A stretch of DNA of 64,000 bases from Utricularia gibba (GCA_002189035.1 NEEC01000007.1:2480001-2544000); one strand, 5' to 3'; counted from the stretch's first letter, positions 41,101 through 54,700 are shown. Made by a program: numbers and translations. The notes: a model not told the origin generated them from the letters alone.

Positions 41101-41712
41101 CATCTGTATATCTTCACATGCGTGCTCCATCAAGTGAGCACGTTATTGTGTTACAACCTACTCTGCATTCTTGCAAAGGTAATTACTCCATATTTGTTCA
41201 TTTCTTCCTTCCGTATCTATGTTTTGGTGCACGCTTTGTAAGAAAAATGTTGTCGCAGGCTTGCGCTCCATTTATCCTGTTTGTTGATATTCAGTTTGTT
41301 TGTGTTTGACTCGGTTTGTTGTTGACCCGTAAGCATTATCTAATGTTGAGTTGAAACAGTTATCAACATTTTCAATACCTGCATTGTTGGCACCTGGTAA
41401 TCTTACACCATGGTCTCAAGCTCTTGTGTTTTATCCATGTGAATGTTTGGTTGTACAAATGTTGAGTTTTGAGTAAAGATACTTTCAGTTGTTGATTTTC
41501 TGTGTTGAGATGCAACACATCTAAATCATGTCCTATTATATAAAATAATTTGAATTCCTTGAATCTTATAAAATTTGAAAATCCATCTTGTAAGAAGCAA
41601 GGCAGGCAGGAACATGACAAGTCTACTACTCTCGGAAATTGTAGTCACCTTTGCTCATTTATAACTTAATGTTGCTATCAGGATTTTGAAGTGTTTGGAA
41701 GCATAGAAGATC

Positions 41713-44700
41713 ATGGAGGTTGATTTGGGCCCAGTAAGCCGTTGCTCTGATGAACACCTGAAAATCTATAAAGAATGGTTTGCTGTTGCTGATTCAGGTT
41801 GACTCGTCTTGATATGCTGTTTACTGTACTTCTTGATGTCCTATTGACGGGGTTTGAGTTCTGCTTATTTAATGGGGTAGATGGAGATGGGCGGTTGACT
41901 GGAGCTGATGCTATCAAGTTCTTTGCAATGTCCAGCTTGCCACGCAGTGATCTCAAGTTGGTATGCACCATTTTTACATTGCGTTTGAATTCCTTCTGTG
42001 CTTTACTAAAGACTAGATCTCTATGGCTTTGACTATCACGAGCTGTTGTGAGAATTAGTTTTGTTGAGAAACTGGAGAGGGGAAATCCCACATCAAAAGT
42101 GGAAAGGACATGACTCTGGCGTATAGTGGAAAGGACATGAAATAGTAATTTTAGCTTAAATAAAATGGTCAAGTCTATATCGATAAGGTAATTATATATT
42201 AGATAGTAGTGCTAGTAGACAGAAGCGGAAGTTCCATATTAAGGGTAGAAAGGGAAGAGATGTGGAATATGGAGTATTATGGGTTGACTCGATCATGTTT
42301 CTTTCAATGTGGTCTCCTTGTATGCGCGCCTGTTAGGAAATTCTTTTGTTAATCTTGCATATATTTGGATTTGTTAGTTGCTGCTCTTGAACCCACTCAT
42401 TTTCTCTCTGTTTATGTTGAAGAGATTTGTGCCAAGAAATAGATGATTGTCGTTTCCGTTTGTCTTTGTATTACATCTTGAAGTTCTTTCTACAATGGCC
42501 TCTGCTTGTTCGTCTTACCAAAGGTCTGGTCAATTGCTGATTCAAGGAGACAAGGCTTTTTGGGATTGAAAGAATTCATTGCAGCTATGCAGGTCTCTTT
42601 TCCTATTTCTGATTGTGTTAAAATGATCGAAGGGATTTTGATCAATGCCCATGTGAAATGACAACATATAATTTTCACCACACTTTCTTGTGCCATATTG
42701 TTACTGTGTCAGACTCGCCAAGTTAGGCTGATGTTGATCTATCTCTTTGTTTGGTGCTGCAGCTAGTCTCTTTAGCACAAGCTGGAAATCCTATTTCAAG
42801 TAGTATTTTGAGCTCTGAAGGCAAGTTTGGAGCTTATTTTCTTGTGTTTTATTTCGCCCTAGTTTTAGCTTAATAGTGATATATGAATATGATGCACATT
42901 TAGCGTGACCTCACTTTTCTTTGTGTTGTTTCCCTTATATATCAGGAGTTGACCTTGGAAACGTGAGGCCGCCATTCATGGATGGTTTGGACATCCTTCT
43001 TGCTGTATGCTCTTTTTCCAATTGTTCATATGACTTCATTCATCAAAGGGAGCCTTTAACCGTTGTGTTGTTTGCCTACTGCAGAAGAGAAAGCAGTCCT
43101 CACATGAACGTGAAGAGAATGGTCAGATGGATGATTCTATTTTAGTTAATTTTTCATTCTTTAGCTGACTTCGAAACATTTCTTAGGCAGTAGCACTCCG
43201 CAATTGTCACCCACGGTCAGTTGGTTTTCATCTTCAAAATCTGCTAATAAGGTAATATGAGATACCCATCTAATAGTATGTGAGCTTTCTGCTGGGTGAA
43301 CTCTGATCTCGTGTTGCTTCATTACCATGATTATCAACAGCCACCATCATGCCTGGTCTAATTGAGACCTGAGCATCCTTCTCAATGTTAACAAGCAACT
43401 GTATAATCTCACTTCTTTAATCGCCCTAGGTACCTTTGAGTTCGGTCACATCAATAGTTGATGGGTTGAAAAAGTTATATGTGCAGAAGCTGAAGCCCCT
43501 GGAATCGACTTATTTATTTAATGATTTTGTATCTCCCTCACTTGTAAGTGTGACTTGAAGTTATGTGGGTGCTTTGTAGACTTCCCAAAATTGTTTTAAC
43601 TGGTGATTCATAATCGGTAGCTACTAATTTTTCCTATTGCATATGCTTGATTTAAAGACGAATAGTGATTTCGATGCAAAACCCATGGTGATGCTACTGG
43701 GACAGTACTCAACTGGAAAGACAACATTTATTAAGCATTTGCTTGGTGTAAACTATCCAGGCAAATCTTGATAACTCTATAGTTTTTCTTGTTTACGAAT
43801 TTTGGTCTGTTTGTGATTAACTTTAAATTTTACACTACAGACGCTCACATTGGGCCTGAGCCTACGACCGATAGATTTGTTGTTGTCATGGTATATTATT
43901 TCTGCATTTATCATTACAGTGTGCGGATCCTATTATGTTGTGATATGAAGTAATTGATATTTTTACTAATCTTTATAAGCAGTATTTTTGTAGCAATTTA
44001 TAATCTCATGAAGAATGTTGCAGTCCTGTTTCTCATATCAATTATGTGTTGTCTTTCCCATCCTTATTTATTTACTTGGATTTCTGTGTTGTTTATGTAG
44101 AATGGGCTTGATGAGAGAAGTATTCCCGGAAATACGGTTGCAGTTCATGCGGACATGCCTTTCAGTGGACTTACAACCTTCGGGAGTGCATTTTTATCTA
44201 AGTTTCAGTGTTCGCAAATGCCACATCCGGTGGGTGAATGCTCCATTTTAGATGAGCATATTTCAATGTTTGCGATTTTGGTTTTTTGTATTGTTCTGAT
44301 CTTGTTACGTTTCTTTGAATTGTGAAAGCTGCTGGAGCATATAACTTTCGTGGATACCCCTGGAGTTTTATCAGGAGAAAAGCAGCGTACTCAGCGAAGC
44401 TATGACTTCACTGGTGTAACATCTTGGTTTGCTGCCAAATGTGATCTTATCCTTCTTCTTTTTGATCCTCACAAACTCGATATAAGTGATGAGTTCAAAC
44501 GAGTGATCGGATCTTTGCGTGGCCATGATGACAAGATAAGAGTGGTATTAAACAAGGCTGATCAAGTTGATACACAGCAGGTATGGCTTCTTCCCATGAT
44601 CCTATTTGAGATCTCTCCATAGTTCTTCTTTTGTATAGTCAGTGTGCTGCTTGTCATCCTTAGCTTATGCGGGTTTATGGAGCGTTGATGTGGTCGCTTG

Positions 44701-45560
44701 GGAAAGTTCTGAATACTCCTGAAGTAATGCGTGTTTACATAGGGTATGCTTTCTTTTGTATAGCCAGAATGCATACATCTAGATGAATGCTTCATCAAGA
44801 GACCAACGGCATAGATACATCATTTTTTCGTTGTTTTTAGACACCTATTCTTTTTTATCTCAGTTCATTCAATGACAAACCGATAAATGCTGAGGTGACT
44901 GGTCCTCTCGGAAGGGAGCTATTCGAGAAGGAGCAAGATGACCTCCTAAGTGATCTTAAAGACATACCAAAGAAAGCCTGTGATCGCCGTGTGAGTACAC
45001 GATTACATGATCTCTCCTTTTACGTGATACATTTCCCTTAAATGGCCTACCTGACGTTGCAGATAAATGAATTTGTGAAACGCTCGAGGGCTGCCAAAAT
45101 ACATGCGTACATAATCAGTCATTTGAAGAAATCAATGCCAGCCATGATGGGTAAGGCAAAGGCGCAGCAGAAGCTCATCGACAACTTACCAGATGAATTT
45201 GCAAAGGTCCCCTCTCCCCCTCCCACATTTTTCTCCATTTTTCATACCCACAACTTGGATTCTCAATACATCTTCTACTCTGAGTCTGAGCGAACAAATG
45301 TTGAACTGGTTCTGATCTGCAACTGCTCGACGAAGTGGAGTTCTTCTTAAGGTTGGTGATGGATTATTTTTCAGGTTCAAAGGGAATTCCATCTACCAGC
45401 AGGAGATTTCCCCAACATCGAGCACTTCAAGGACATCCTGAGCGGGTACAACATAGATAAGTTTGAGAAGCTGAAGCCGAGAATGATTCAGGCAGTGGAT
45501 GACATGCTCGCCTACGACATTCCTGAACTTCTCAAGAACTTCCGCAACCCATATGACTAG
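41713..45560 (+). CDS. EHD1: EH-domain-containing protein (EHD1-like, dynamin-related, N-terminal EH domain)
   Basis: EWFAVADSDGDGRLTGADAIKFF, KPMVMLLGQYSTGKTTFIKHLL (P-loop), HIGPEPTTDRF, FVDTPGVLSGEKQRTQRSYDF, LLFDPHKLDISDEF, RVVLNKADQ and LMRVYGALMWSLGK, ending LLKNFRNPYD*. Two GC-AG introns are needed. Confidence 0.95.
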
Positions 45561-46927
45561 GAAACCCGAAGAACTTCTCAATGCAGGTTTCCAAACAGTT
45601 CACAGTTTTCAAATAAGGCAATTTACTTACTAGTCTGTTAAGTGAGCCTCACTTCTGTTTACAGATTGTAATATATTGAATTATTTAGTAGTGTTTGGGA
45701 ATACAAGAATAAATCACCTTATACCGGATTATTTATTACGATGCTGAATTGGTCTTGCACTATATTGTCCACATTTTTTTTTTTATCTTTTGGCTACTTT
45801 TTGAAAAGCTTACTCATTCTCAAACTTCAATCTAATTACATTTAATTCTGGTGTTTATATCAAGTATCTTTCTTACTTAGGGACATCACAATGTGTTAGC
45901 TTCAATGGAATGAATGTATGGCATATTACTGCTTCATAGGGGATTGAAACCTGGGTCACGTACACCGGTGGATTTTGATTTGAACATGGTTTTCGAAGCA
46001 TTCCTAGATTTTCAATCTTGAAATTTAGATTGGATTTGGTTATACTTCTGTTTCAAAATTAGATGTTTCCAATCAAATGTAATGATATGGGCGCCATCAA
46101 GAGTTTTACTCTAACCTTTTTCTGAAGCATTGTGAATTTGTAAAATGGCTTAGCGTAGTAATATTTTGTGTTAGATATGTTTATTTTCCAAAGCTCCTCT
46201 CGGCGCACCCTTGTTGTATACATGCAAATTGGCTCATTTCGAAAAATAACATGGCTTCCATGTTTCCTTTTTCAAAATCACCCCACACTTCAAGCATTTC
46301 GGCAGAGTTGTAAAATATTTTCGGAGGGTCGAAATTTTGATGCAGTTCTGGTCTGAAGGTAATACGGACCATGGAGACAGTAAACTCTTGACTGAATTGG
46401 GCATGCAACTATACTCCGACAACTGAGAAAGTGCTAGTGTATAACTCGGTGACAACTGCTCGCGGCTTCATTCATACCGGTAAGGTTTTCTCTTATTTTG
46501 AGAGTCATCTGCGCTTCATTCATACCGGTGAGGTTGTGAACATGAGTGGATTATGATCAAAACTATTTCAATTTTTGAATTTGGGGAATTTGTTGTCTAT
46601 TTAATTGGGAGAGTGGGATTTGGTCATTGAATGGACCCTGACAACTTCAAAATCTCGATGTTGTGTTTGTTGCTGGTTTTGTGGCCGGAAATCAGCGAAT
46701 TTTACTGATTTTTTGACCTCAACATCGTTCTTGGCTTCCCTCTTTGGAAAAGCTTCAATCTTTGTTATTGAATTGGGTGGTAGGGTTTGAATTTGAGTGG
46801 AATCAGAGTTCTGATGATAAATCACGCACTGCGAGGCGTTAACTGTCTATTTTAGTGCTTAGGAAGAACTATTTCTAAAGATGAACATTAGCAAGCTCAC
46901 GTTTTGAAATTAGGGCGCGACCAACTG

Positions 46928-48544
46928 ATGGGGAAGAACGTCTCCCAAAGACGGAGACTAATGTCCTGCGGGGGCACGAAGGCTCTGTATTGGCAGCACG
47001 GTTCAACATGAACGGTGAGTATTGCCTCAGCTGCGGGAAAGACCGAACCATACGCCTGTGGAATGCTCACCGCGGATTGCACATCAAGACCTACAAATCA
47101 CATGGCCGGGAAGTGCGCGACGTCCATGTCACATCGTACGAAAAATGTAATTCTTTGTGCATTTTCCCTTTGGTTTCTAATTGTTATTTGGTACAGGGAT
47201 AATTCCAAGTTGACCTCGTGTGGAGGTGATCGGCAAGTTTTCTACTGGGATGTAGCCACTGGTCGTGTAGTTCGGAAGTTTCGTGGTCATGATAGTGAGG
47301 TAGTTTCAGTTATTGAAGAGTTGAATTTGATGAATTGAATTGTGGATTCACTTGCTTCTCTTGGATCATTTTCGGCAGGTGAATTCTGTGAAGTTCAATG
47401 ATTCTTCATCAGTTGTTATCTCAGCCGGCTATGATCGCTCAGTACGTGCCTGGGACTGTCGATCTCACAGCACAGAACCAATTCAGGTATTATGAATGAA
47501 TCCATATTAGGATTTGAAGGAACTACAGAAGTTTGGATTTACTGTTATGATTTTTAACTTTGGAAAGCGTGACGTCCATTTGCTTGAAAAAATTTGAGAT
47601 TTTGAATTTGCTGAACTTATGCTGTTTCCCTCCAGATAATTGACAACTTTTTAGACAGTGTGATGTCCATTTGCTTGACTAAATTTGAGATAATTGCGGG
47701 AAGTGTGGATGGCACCGTTCGGACATTTGATATTCGAATTGGTAGGTATGTTGCAATGTATTTTTCTGTTGCTTGCTTTCTTCTCAAAGAAAACTTTTGC
47801 TCAAGGTTTTTGTTCCAACACACGTACTTACAAGTTTATGATGGTTCAAATGTTAGGGAAATATCTGATAGTCTGGGGCAGCCTGTCAATTGCGTGTCCC
47901 TCTCAAACGATGGCAACTGTGTTTTAGCGAATTGTCTTGATTCCACCATACGGCTTCTGGATCGGTAGCTTACTACTGAAGCTCTTCTCTAAATTGCATA
48001 AGCGTACCTAATTCCTTGTCTTTGGTGCAGATCTACCGGTGAGCTGCTGCAAGAATACAAGGGCCATACTTGTAAGGTAACCTCTAAAATTTCAGCCTTT
48101 CTCCTTATGATGCAAATACTCGAAGAAGCAAACAGTTTAATTTAGTCCAAGCTTTTCCTTTTTGCTCTAGCATTGCAGTTGCATATGCTCTCATTATTTA
48201 GCTTACTCAGTTAACCACCGTGGCCATACCTGTTTCAGTCTTTCAAAATGGACTGCTGTCTGACAAACACAGATGCCCATGTCACTGGAGGTTCAGAGGA
48301 CGGCTATATTTATTTCTGGGATCTGGTTGATGCTCGTGTTGTATCCAGATTTCGAGCTCATTCCTCAGTGGTAAGTTTCTTTGTTCAGACTCGTTCCTAG
48401 ATGAACCGCCATCTTCTTTCCTCTCCCAGCGTTCATATGCCCCCTCCTGCATGTTTCCAGGTGACTAGTGTGAGTTATCACCCCAAGGATGACTGCATGA
48501 TAACTGCATCAGTTGACGGCACTGTTAAGGTTTGGAAAGGCTAA
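46928..48544 (+). CDS. WDR83: WD40-repeat protein WDR83/MORG1-like (At5g64730-like), 8 exons, with an apparent frameshift right after the ATG
   Basis: NVLRGHEGSVLAARFN, CGKDRTIRLWN, YKSHGREVRDVHV, SCGGDRQVFYWDV, SVDGTVRTFDIRIGR, GGSEDGYIYFWDLV and YHPKDDCMITASVDGTVKVWKG*. ATG 46928 is one base out of frame. Confidence 0.92.
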
Positions 48545-48762
48545 GGAACCTGTGTTTTTGCTTTGGTTTGTACCTGAAGAATTACGGTTTATTGCTAGTT
48601 TAACTGAGTTTGAAAAGTGGTTTAATGGCGAAAATTGGCCCTAGTTTACGTATTTGCAAAGTTCTTTGCAAACCAGAATCCCATATACCTTCATTTCCAA
48701 GTTACAAAATCTTGGTTTTGAGCATAAATATATCTGATACTAGTGACGTAGTTGCATAAACA

Positions 48763-51700
48763 TTAATTAGCTCTTGTCCTCTTGGTTGATTTGGAACTGC
48801 GGTCATGGCTGTTTCGCTTTTTCCCACTCTTCTGTTCCTCACTCTTCCTCTTTGGCTTCTTGTCTCCATTTGCATTAGACTTCACACTTACAATGGCGCC
48901 TGACTGTAGTCTTGAAACACTTTTCAAAACATTCTCAAAATCTGCTTCTCGATCGACAATAGCAAACTTCTGAAGGATGTCTGGGTCCAGTGCACCTTCC
49001 AACTCTGATTTCATCTTTTCCTGGACACAACTTTCATGTAAGAGCATACCAGATAAACCCGAAGAAGCAAAATCGTGATAAACCTGGACTTTTTCTGCAC
49101 CATCATTCAGGTCATCATCTACAGATTGAGGGTGAGGCTCCAGTGCAATCTAACCGAACAAAAACGAAAGGATATGAAAGCCAAAACTTTACAAAACTAG
49201 ATTTTCCCCAAGTTCTGTAATTCTGCTTACATCTTTTTTGGGAGGAATAGTGGAACTAATCTCTTTACTGCTCAGGTATTGATGGAACTTTTTCATTACT
49301 TTCATGTAAAGAGATAAGATTTGTTGCCGATCCAATTCCTTCATCTCTTTCTGTGGACGACAGAAGACCATAAGAATTTATTAGACAACATAACGAAAAC
49401 AATATCGTAAACTAACACTCTTAAACAAAGACTGAAAATTTTTAAATATGATTGAAAAAACGCATGGATTTGCTGGCATAAAATGCACTTAAGATTGACC
49501 CCAGTAAGTTGCCAATTCACAGTCAAAACAAGAGACCCAAATCAACCAGGAGTTCAAAATACTCCTAGGAAATAAGATGGCATATCAAACACAAAGAAGC
49601 CCAAAAGAGAAGGTATGAAAAAATAAATACCTCAATGCTCGAGATGTCTTTTCCCTGCAAGCCAACACAGAGCAGAACAGAAGCTTGCATATATGAAAGC
49701 GAGACTGGAATCATCTCCCAGAAATATGCACAGGCAAGATCATTGACGAAAAACCCTGTCTAGAGCATGCAAGAGGAAATGTTAAAACTCAAAAAGTTGA
49801 AAGGAGTCAATCTAGTTACTGCGAAACCACTCAGACGACTAAGGCCATGCACGAGTATGAATAACAGTACCACGAGGTGTGGTGGCTTTGGTAATAGATG
49901 AAAAAGTCATGAATATCACATCGAATTCTTACCAAATGGTAGTCAACGCGGTTATTAACATATGCTTCAAGTTGCATCATGGAACTAGATGCTAGTTTTG
50001 CACTGATTGGATTTGCATGTTCCAGTGAAGAAGAAGAGGCAAGAAGTAACTCATTTTGACCTATCTTTGGATCCAAAATGCTGCAATGCAGGATATGAGA
50101 TACCGGAAGAGCATCAGTAAAATGAAAGTAATGAAAGCCAAACATACCTCATGGCTAGCTTGTAATCCATTGATCTAAATGTACGACCTAGTAGCTTAGT
50201 GAACCTTGACCTGAAGTCTGGAAATTGAGACAGCTGAATCTTTTGGCACCAAAAAACAAATATCTACATACAATGCTATGGCGTTGTAAGACCATCTCAT
50301 ACCTTGGTAAAAGTGGCTGAAAAACCCCAACTTATCTGACCCACTATACTCGATATCATCATTGTTCAATGGCTTCAAAGCCATGCAAGCGTGCTCACCA
50401 GTGACAGCACTCTAAGATATTGTTAACATATGAACACGGAAAAACTAATTAATAATAATCCAAAGGTTTCCCGACAACGATTACATGGAAATTTTGATTA
50501 TGAGATGAAATAAGAATAAGATAATCTCGTAACTGGAACTTCACTGATATAGAATGGAGCGAAGTTGTGCCTTTTCCAGAAACGTAACAGATCCAGAGTA
50601 AGTCCAAACGACACTCCTATGTAATGTAGTTTTTCAGGCTTTCTCTCACCAAGGGGTACAAGCAGCGGAGCAAGTTCTTTTCCACTCCTTGGCTTAATAT
50701 TCTCATGCAACAAAAATGCCTATGAGAAGTGCAATATCTTCAGTTCAGACAAAACAATGGAAAGCCCAAAAACCATCACAAAAAAGCATTATGAATTATG
50801 CAGTTCCAGATCAAAGGATTAAGAGATATGCAAGAACTTTAACTCAAAAGAGACGAATCACCTTCTCTGCAGCCTCAGTGATGTTGACTGGGGATGCACA
50901 TGTATCTGGGACTTCCTCAATATCTGATTCATAGGTAGGAGTAAGTTCACCTTCAAAGTACCTGAAGCAACCACAGGAAAAATTCTATTTAATTATTTGT
51001 ACCAAGTAACAATTTGCTCCAAACTTGAAAGAAACACTGGAACAAAAGAAATTCCCTTGATCTCTATGTCCTATGCATTGTAATTGGAACTGTCAAGCAA
51101 AGTTCCTGAGGCTCATGCATTGCCAACTCGAATGAAAAAACAAGAAAAGCTCCAATTCTCCAAAAATATACAAGCACATGAAGTTAAGCATAAACCTCCA
51201 ATCTCGAATTTACAACAATCTACAAAAGAGCTATCCTATCATATACTTTGGTATTTCAATTATAAATCAATATTGCGGCATATGAGAGGAGATGATTAGA
51301 AAAACAAGATGTTGTGGCATTTCCTCAGATGTAATTTTGTAAATAATAGACTGTAAATGGGTAGCGTGATCTCATTCATGTGATTTCAGGAAAGCAGCAA
51401 TGTTACCCATAGCTATGGTTTCGTCAATTTATCCTAATATAAATAACCAGCAGTAGTTTTACCTTGCCAAAATTTTAATGGCAGCTGAGCCATATCCTAA
51501 CTGCAACATGGAAGTTAGTGTTTGTAAAGGAAATAAATGATAAATAATTAAAATGATTTTGAAAATTCACAACTTATTATACCTTCATTGCACTGGGATG
51601 AGTTGCAATACGAACAACACGAGCACCCGATAAGCTTGGGAATACCGTGTCACTAAATTGTTCACAAAATTTCCATGGTATTTGGTCTCCGTAAGGCTGA

Positions 51701-54700
51701 TGACCTGAACTTATGCTCTTCATAACAGAATTTCGAGAGATCTGACCCTCAAATGCGACCTAATAAGTTGAGGAAAAATACTAAAAATCATATATGGTCA
51801 AAAAACAAGAAAATACAAACAAAAAGGAGAGGCAACTGCAATCAAGTAACAATAGTAATAAACAATATACAGAGATGCTAAATAAAGCATACTTGGATGA
51901 CACAAAGTATGAGAATATCATCAGTTCTAACGCTCTCATCAACAGGACCTGAAGAATCATCAACATACCAAACGCGTTCGAGTTACTGGACTGAGAATAC
52001 AAAGTTAATATACGCATTCATCCATACCAAGTAGCACAAACAAGTGGTGAGCAGGAGCATCAGCCATCAATTGCAAGTCATTTGGAGAATTCTTATAATG
52101 AGAAGCAACATAAAGAGCCATCATCCTCTGATCATATTGCCAACAAAGGGAAAAAAGGTCATATAATATCATCAAGGAAAAAAAGGTGCAAGCCCCAGAA
52201 CATGCAAACAGAAGTTTATTGACATTTCATGAGCCCATCAATGTGAAATTACCTGCAAAAATATTTCACTATCTTTATTAAAGGCAAAAAGTGTATCTCG
52301 GTTGACATAGTACAGGTCACATTTTTCTGGTGGCGGAAGACTGAATTAAGAAAAGAGTATCAAAGGTCAACTCAATAGATAGAGAACAAGTCTAAAATTC
52401 CAAAATCCACTACTAAAAATTCTACCTTCGAATACTAAGGGCGGAATCAGTAACGTTGAGGCAGAGCAAATCATTAAGCCAGTTTTCAATTGGATCCCCA
52501 GATGCATATCTGATAGATTCACTCAAATCTATCTTTTTGAATTGTCGACCTACAGTTGACATGAAGTAATCATTGAGCAGATGTTGAGGAATTATCAATT
52601 AGTTCATTGATACCACAACCATCTTGCTGTACCTGAAACAGTAGGAATAGTAGCGTCCCTAATTTCACTCGATACCAGGCTTTCCTTCTCAAGTTGCTGT
52701 AGCAATTTTAGAGATAAAGACCTTCCAGTACCTTCGTAACTATAAAAGAATAGATAATTGGAAACAGATGCTTAAAAAAGAATCGTCATGCAGGAAATAT
52801 AGAAAAATGGCAAAACCTAGCTTAAGATATGGAAAGTAGAAAAATCTATATTTCGAAAGTTCATTACCCGTTCACAGTAGATGAAATGAAGACAAGATAA
52901 GGACCGAGCAAGGATTTGACAATAGGTAAAGGTATAGCTGCTGCCTCGTCAATAACCAACAACTCAACTTGTGACAGCTTGGCATGTTCATGAGGCTGTA
53001 TGTACTGCAGATTTTATGGGAATAACACATGAATAAAAGGTGAAAATCCACTGCAATACACAAAATCAAGAAATCCTGGCATTACTCAAAAAAACTGGAA
53101 GGGGCATCTAGAGAGATAAGCCTGATATGTTTTAACTTTTTTTTACATACAAATGTTTTTAAGGGAAAGGCACTGAGGGAAGAAATGCCCTGTAAACACA
53201 TTTGGAATGCTACCTGAACTGTTTGTCTATGTTGCTTGTAGACATTGAACTGCACGATTGATTTGTGGAAGTCCGGATTTTTACTTCTAACGACATCATA
53301 ATCCAGGTGCTCCTACAAATAGAAGATCCAAGAATTAGAAAGGCTTACAGCATGTCTTTTTAAGAACACAGAGAAAGCCATTTAACTATTCATCATATGA
53401 TACACAATATAAATTAAACAAAAAACAATAGAAAAGTTTTGTATATCAACGAAAAGAAAGAAATGCTGAACAACATCACACCTTGTACTCAAGCATATCA
53501 AAACCCTTGCCCACAAATTCAAAAAGAGTTTTTAGATTTTCTGGGCTGGGTGCTGTAACAAAAATATTTGAGTACCTACAAGATAATTTCAGTTAATGAC
53601 AACATATCACACAGGGACTATGGTGATAAAGAATATTAAATTAAGTCTACCCCACTGCAACAGCCCCTGATATTGCCAATCCAAGGGCAGCTGACTTCCC
53701 ACGGCCACGAGCTGCAAGCAAAGCTATTGTGCTTTGATGTCGTTTGTCCAGAATTGCATCGAGGAATGTGACAAGTGCCTTTCCCTACAGAAGAAAAAAA
53801 AATGTAAATCTTCAAAGCATTTACTTGGCTTACCAGAAACCAAGAATCTTACCTGGTCCATTGTACAACATTTTCTAATGAGAGGGCCAACTGGAAAATC
53901 ATCAATTAGTTTCTCTTTCAAATCCTCCAGCTCTCTCCCAGGATTTGAAAGGGAATCAGAATCCTATGTGCATAAGTAATTGTTACAGATAAATTGTTAA
54001 GCCAATATCAATCAAAGCTGTCTTTTCCCGTAATACAATCAACTGCATATACATGACAAGACATTTAATGCCTTCTCATAGGAAACAGGAAAGTTTTGCA
54101 AATTGAATTCCACCGTATTAGCTAGCACTAAACAAATTAACTGAATCCACAATACACATAACCATCAGAAAATGAACAGGATTCCACTGGGTGCAATAGA
54201 ATTCACGAAGTTGATATAGAAGGTTAACAGACATGATATTTATAGGAACAGTTAAGGTTCATACAAGTGCAAGCATACCTCTCGGATAGAATGCTTGGTG
54301 ATTGATTTCACATGAGAAGAGATTGGAAGAATGTTAAGCTCATCATCCATGACAATGAAAGCTTTGCATGAAGCAAGAGAAAGCAAGAATCGCTCATTGA
54401 AACGTGCAGCCGCTTGAGAATGAGATTCAGTACGAAACCTCTCATGAACATCCTACAGTCAATAAAAAAAAAATTACAATAAGAGCTAAAATTGAATAGA
54501 ACAATGAAAGACGCATCCAATGCCATTATCACCGTTTTTTGCACATAAACGAACACCAAATATAAGTAGTGTACCATATTACCATAGCCATTGTGTAGAG
54601 GGATGTGAGTGAGGTCAAAGAGTGAAGAAGCAGGACAATTAAGCCACCCCCTTCAACAGTTTCAATAGTCCTCGCCAAGAGATTTGGTGTCAGTGCTTCA

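Noticed and set aside
41684-41702. TTTGAAGTGTTTGGAAG, partly like miR395
   Set aside because: Partial match only, lies in the EHD 5' leader, and no star arm or hairpin.
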